Shown here: piece by piece, positions 7,640 to 10,691 of the stretch
Layout: each line of letters begins with the position of its first letter
Position numbering within the stretch: the stretch's first letter is position 1
Assembly: GCA_014728035.1 (NCBI GenBank)
Contig: WJMJ01000020.1
Location: forward strand, 1 to 10,691
Length of the DNA stretch: 10,691 bases
Direction: 5' to 3'
From: Promethearchaeota archaeon
Lineage (GTDB): Archaea > Asgardarchaeota > Thorarchaeia > Thorarchaeales > Thorarchaeaceae
Program-made: the position numbers and the translations under genes
Notes under the pieces: generated by a model
What the model was told of the DNA's origin: nothing
The model's database searches: none
Seen by the model: only the letters and a program-made list of their open reading frames with translations

Positions 7640-7778
7640 ATTATTCTCCCTTATATTCTTCTGACCATAAAATACGATTGAAGATCAGCAAAAGAAGAAA
7701 GGATATGGGTGTGGGTCGCCACAATCCACAGGGCCACCAATTATGGAGTCTATTATAAAAGCATTACGGCCCATTAGA

Positions 7779-8255
7779 TCATGGACACACACCATAACAA
7801 TCTGCCTCAGTTAAGAAGGGACCACCCAATATTACTGTTTCACACGAAAGACCTACAGGACAGCTAGTATCACATAAGACTGCCCCATGTTCTGCACAGA
7901 AAGTGCCGGTAATCGTATACGTACCAGTACAATCCGTAGTAAAATAATCTCTGTTTTCTAAACAATACCATGTTCCGACAACATCAGAGGAACTAGAGGA
8001 ACTAGAGGAACTACTTGGAAATACAAAATTATAATCTTCTTCTACAACCGCAGTAAATAGGGTGTCATCTTCATCACTCAACCAGGCATATTTCAATCTA
8101 TATGTCTCTCCTGGGTCATAATCTATATGTATCTGATTTCCATCCCATTCAGATGAAGCATCATCTGGTTCATAATGTCCGGGCTGACCTACCTTTTCCT
8201 TAATCGGATCAACAGGAATGACAGGTAGTTTGGCTAATGTATAATATATTGGCAT
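7779..8255 (-). CDS. Poly-Ser-linked protein with a C-terminal 8-Cys module (putative virion appendage/adhesin)
   Basis: 158-aa ORF coupled to the upstream gene by TAATG. A Ser linker is followed by WYC...GGPFLTEADCYGVCP. Confidence 0.75.
   Translation of the reverse strand: MPIYYTLAKLPVIPVDPIKEKVGQPGHYEPDDASSEWDGNQIHIDYDPGETYRLKYAWLSDEDDTLFTAVVEEDYNFVFPSSSSSSSSSSDVVGTWYCLENRDYFTTDCTGTYTITGTFCAEHGAVLCDTSCPVGLSCETVILGGPFLTEADCYGVCP
7986..8013. repeat. 3 x 9-bp perfect tandem repeat AGAGGAACT (poly-Ser codons)
   Basis: Same unit, circularly permuted, as the array at 10628-10691. Confidence 0.85.
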
Positions 8256-9391
8256 TATCCAGTCCCACCGGTAATGTCACCGCCAGTAATCTCGTCTTCA
8301 TTATCTGGAGGAAAACTTACTCTTGTTTTTGGGCAACATTCTGTTGGTGTCCACTGTGGAATATCCAACTCCGGAACAATTAATTCTGGTTGTGAATATT
8401 CCCAATTAACTATATCTCTACAATTCGAAGACATGTACCTGGCAGACAATAATCTAGTCGTAGTTAAATTAAATTTGAAATCGTTTGGGTTGCCAGGTAT
8501 CAAACCAACAGCACATATATTATCCCCAACAGAAGATAAATTATATGCTATATTGACACCCTCTTTACTAATTTCATAAACAATTTGATCACTTTCTAGG
8601 TTATCATCTGATATCTCACCGTGTTCTACGACCAAAAACCAATTACCACCGTCTCCTTGCTTCCCTTTCGGACCTATCTGACGGGCTTTGTATGTCCACG
8701 TTCCATCTAAGTCTCCATCTAGTTCGAATTCGGCATATAATATATTATCGTCTATGTATATGTTAGAAGTAGTTCCGTCTTTTATAGAATAACCCTCTAT
8801 AAATTCGTAATCTACTTCTCCGTCTTCATAAATCAAAAATTCACCAATTTGAATTTGACTCCTAAATAATCTGAGAGAGACTGGAGTATCAATAGGAGTA
8901 GCAACATTCACTTCTATATTCACGAGACCGCTGCCAATATCTAAACTATATATTGGTTCATTGGCAGCTGGCAATCCACTATTGCCCTGTTCTCCCTTAT
9001 CTCCTTGTTCTCCTTTAGGACCTTTACATCTGAACTCTCTAAATTTTTTAGATAAAACTGACTGATTGATTTCTGCCCTGAGCCTTATTTCTCCAAGATG
9101 TTCCTCGTATCTGAATTTTATGGTGTTGTCAGAAGAATATAGATAGTAAAAACTAGCTTTTGTGTTGTCTAATATTTTTAGACCTCTGAATTTCTCTGGG
9201 TCTATTGAATCCAACAATTCAAACAAGGACGGATATACCAAACCATCTGAATCTTCTGTCACATTGCTATAGACATCAACGAAGCCCATATTGATCCAGG
9301 TTTTCGACCTTAGATCATATATCCACAAAACCCCATATTGATCTATGATCCTATCACCATCATTTGGATTTATAGAAAATTTATTCATCAT
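8255..9391 (-). CDS. Putative tail fibre/virion protein with short collagen-like G-X-Y stretches
   Basis: GPKGEQGDKGEQGNSGLP and GPKGKQGDGG stretches. The N-terminal PNDGD...GVLWIYD...W motif resembles phage fibre N-termini. ATGA overlap with the upstream gene. Confidence 0.65.
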   Translation of the reverse strand: MMNKFSINPNDGDRIIDQYGVLWIYDLRSKTWINMGFVDVYSNVTEDSDGLVYPSLFELLDSIDPEKFRGLKILDNTKASFYYLYSSDNTIKFRYEEHLGEIRLRAEINQSVLSKKFREFRCKGPKGEQGDKGEQGNSGLPAANEPIYSLDIGSGLVNIEVNVATPIDTPVSLRLFRSQIQIGEFLIYEDGEVDYEFIEGYSIKDGTTSNIYIDDNILYAEFELDGDLDGTWTYKARQIGPKGKQGDGGNWFLVVEHGEISDDNLESDQIVYEISKEGVNIAYNLSSVGDNICAVGLIPGNPNDFKFNLTTTRLLSARYMSSNCRDIVNWEYSQPELIVPELDIPQWTPTECCPKTRVSFPPDNEDEITGGDITGGTG

Positions 9392-10368
9392 GACCCATTT
9401 GAGCTACTTGAGCTACTTGAGCTTGGCACACAACATATAATATAATCAGGCCACACATCGCAATCATTACAATAACTACCACCACAGTTGTCATCTGAAT
9501 AAATAAAAGTGCCACAATCAACAGGATGAGTATAAGTAGAACCATAATCGCCCAAAGTGGCACTAGATCCATGTATGCATCGACAATACCTCAATGCGCC
9601 GGTGGCTCCACCCCCATAGTCTCCAGTATCTGGCTTAGTAACATCATCACAATCGAAAATATGGGTTACGGCTGTTCCAGTGTCGCATACCGTAGATGAG
9701 CTACTTGAACTTGAACTTGAACTTGAACTTGAACTTGAACTTGAACTTGAACTTGGGCCACAGCAGAAATTGGGGTCATTAATGCATTCTTCTAATGTTT
9801 CCCAAGGCCCTCCTTGATAAACATATTCATAATCCATCAATAGAGTAGATTGACAACCAAACACATCTGTTTTGATACACCTACATCCAACATCCTCTCC
9901 ATCATTAGAGCAGTTAGAATTCTTTGGATATTCAAATACTCTAACACAATAATATTGTTCTGGAACTAAACTACTGGAGCTAGAACTCGAACTTTCAGAA
10001 GAACTAGAAGAACTTGAAGAACTTGAACTTGAAGAACTTGAACTTGAAGAACTTGAACTAAATTCAGACGAACTCGAACTTGAGCTAGAAGAACTAGATA
10101 ATGAAGAACTGCTTGAACTAGACGATGAGCTTGGCTGCCCGGAAGATGAGCTGCTTGAAAATGGTATGGCTGCAAATATTGGATCTGGAGTCTCTGGATC
10201 TCCTTCAACTTCGCAGGGGGTATCTCCTAATTCAGGACAGAAATAAAAATCATCTTGACAACATTGTTCTGGATATAGTGGATCTATGAGAATATTAAAC
10301 TTTGGATCACACTGATACCAAGGCTGGTTGGGGTGTTCATTTTGCCAGTCAAAAATCGGTAAACGCAT
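9388..10368 (-). CDS. Modular Cys-rich protein with three poly-Ser tracts (putative virion appendage)
   Basis: 326 aa: a 5-Cys acidic N-domain, a ~60-aa Ser tract, an 8-Cys module, a Ser tract, a 10-Cys module and a Ser tail. Confidence 0.8.
   Translation of the reverse strand: MRLPIFDWQNEHPNQPWYQCDPKFNILIDPLYPEQCCQDDFYFCPELGDTPCEVEGDPETPDPIFAAIPFSSSSSSGQPSSSSSSSSSSLSSSSSSSSSSSEFSSSSSSSSSSSSSSSSSSSSSESSSSSSSSLVPEQYYCVRVFEYPKNSNCSNDGEDVGCRCIKTDVFGCQSTLLMDYEYVYQGGPWETLEECINDPNFCCGPSSSSSSSSSSSSSSSSSSSSTVCDTGTAVTHIFDCDDVTKPDTGDYGGGATGALRYCRCIHGSSATLGDYGSTYTHPVDCGTFIYSDDNCGGSYCNDCDVWPDYIICCVPSSSSSSSSNGS
9703..9755. repeat. Perfect hexamer microsatellite (ACTTGA) x8 plus a partial copy, encoding Ser-Ser (TCA AGT)
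   Basis: Directly visible tandem repeat. Confidence 0.95.
9970..10157. repeat. Degenerate poly-Ser coding tract including about 3 copies of 15-bp GAAGAACTTGAACTT (10016-10059)
   Basis: Directly visible low-complexity tract. Confidence 0.85.
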
Positions 10369-10384
10369 ATATTCTCGCTATACG

Positions 10385-10691
10385 TTATGAATTACAGCAA
10401 CATACTAAAGTATAAGAAGGGCCACCACCTATTTCTTGATAGCCCCATTCTCCATTGCATTCTTCTCCGAAATTGGAACAAATTTCCTCACAATATGCTA
10501 AGCAATCTTCTTCTGTCGGTAACTCCTGAAACCATACAACATCTTCGCCAAACACATCAATATATCTTCGTTGTGTCCCAGAAACACAAGCACTCTCCCC
10601 AGTATAGTTTTCGCAACATGCTTCTCCGGAACTAGAGGAACTAGAGGAACTAGAGGAACTAGAGGAACTAGAGGAACTAGAGGAACTAGAG
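10385..10691 (-). CDS. 3' end of another poly-Ser/Cys-rich protein (5' end off the window; not in the ORF track)
   Basis: Manual translation from 10690 gives (S)21-GEACCENYTGESACVSGTQRRYIDVFGEDVVWFQELPTEEDCLAYCEEICSNFGEECNGEWGYQEIGGGPSYTLVCCCNS*, with the stop at 10385-10387, 16 nt before the next ATG. Confidence 0.85.
   Translation of the reverse strand, partial: SSSSSSSSSSSSSSSSSSSSSGEACCENYTGESACVSGTQRRYIDVFGEDVVWFQELPTEEDCLAYCEEICSNFGEECNGEWGYQEIGGGPSYTLVCCCNS
10628..10691. repeat. Perfect 9-bp tandem repeat (GGAACTAGA) x7, continuing off the window; encodes TCT AGT TCC
   Basis: Directly visible tandem repeat. Confidence 0.95.

Noticed and set aside
7782-7830. Kunitz/BPTI domain suggested by F-x-T-x-x-x-C-x3-C
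   Set aside because: Only the terminal motif matches. The Kunitz Cys spacing and the YGGC-x-GN-x-N motif are absent.
7121-10635. ORFs 7121..7345, 7209..7592, 7342..7569, 8274..8579, 9381..9572, 9966..10208, 10387..10635 (and 1667..1894)
   Set aside because: Each overlaps a better-supported minus-strand gene. The VLQVQ and hydrophobic patterns are off-frame readings of Ser/Cys codons.
1-10691. Stop-codon reassignment (genetic code 15 or 4)
   Set aside because: Long ORFs are intact under code 11, and both TAG and TGA end genes at tight overlaps with the next start.

Overview
AT-rich, gene-dense segment that looks like part of a large (jumbo-type) tailed bacteriophage genome. It uses the standard genetic code (TAA, TAG and TGA all serve as stops) and has AGGAGG ribosome-binding sites. 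From ~1160 to the right end, every gene is on the minus strand and forms a virion tail/baseplate module: an ITTAK-repeat fibre-like gene, a frameshifted virion gene, a DUF6939-like protein, a 1353-aa baseplate-wedge (P2 gpI/T4 gp7-like) protein, an unannotated 43-aa basic peptide, a CPDC thioredoxin-fold protein, a Cys-rich protein, a collagen-motif protein, and three proteins built from Cys-rich modules joined by poly-serine linkers encoded by tandem repeats. The left ~1.16 kb holds two tandem paralogs of a 21-aa leucine-rich-repeat protein with hypervariable positions, and a divergently oriented Fe-type superoxide dismutase. At ~1156-1161 the SOD (+) and the ITTAK-repeat gene (-) are both cut off at the same point, so this is a rearrangement or chimeric-assembly junction. 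Family assignments come from motif recognition by eye; no database searches were run.
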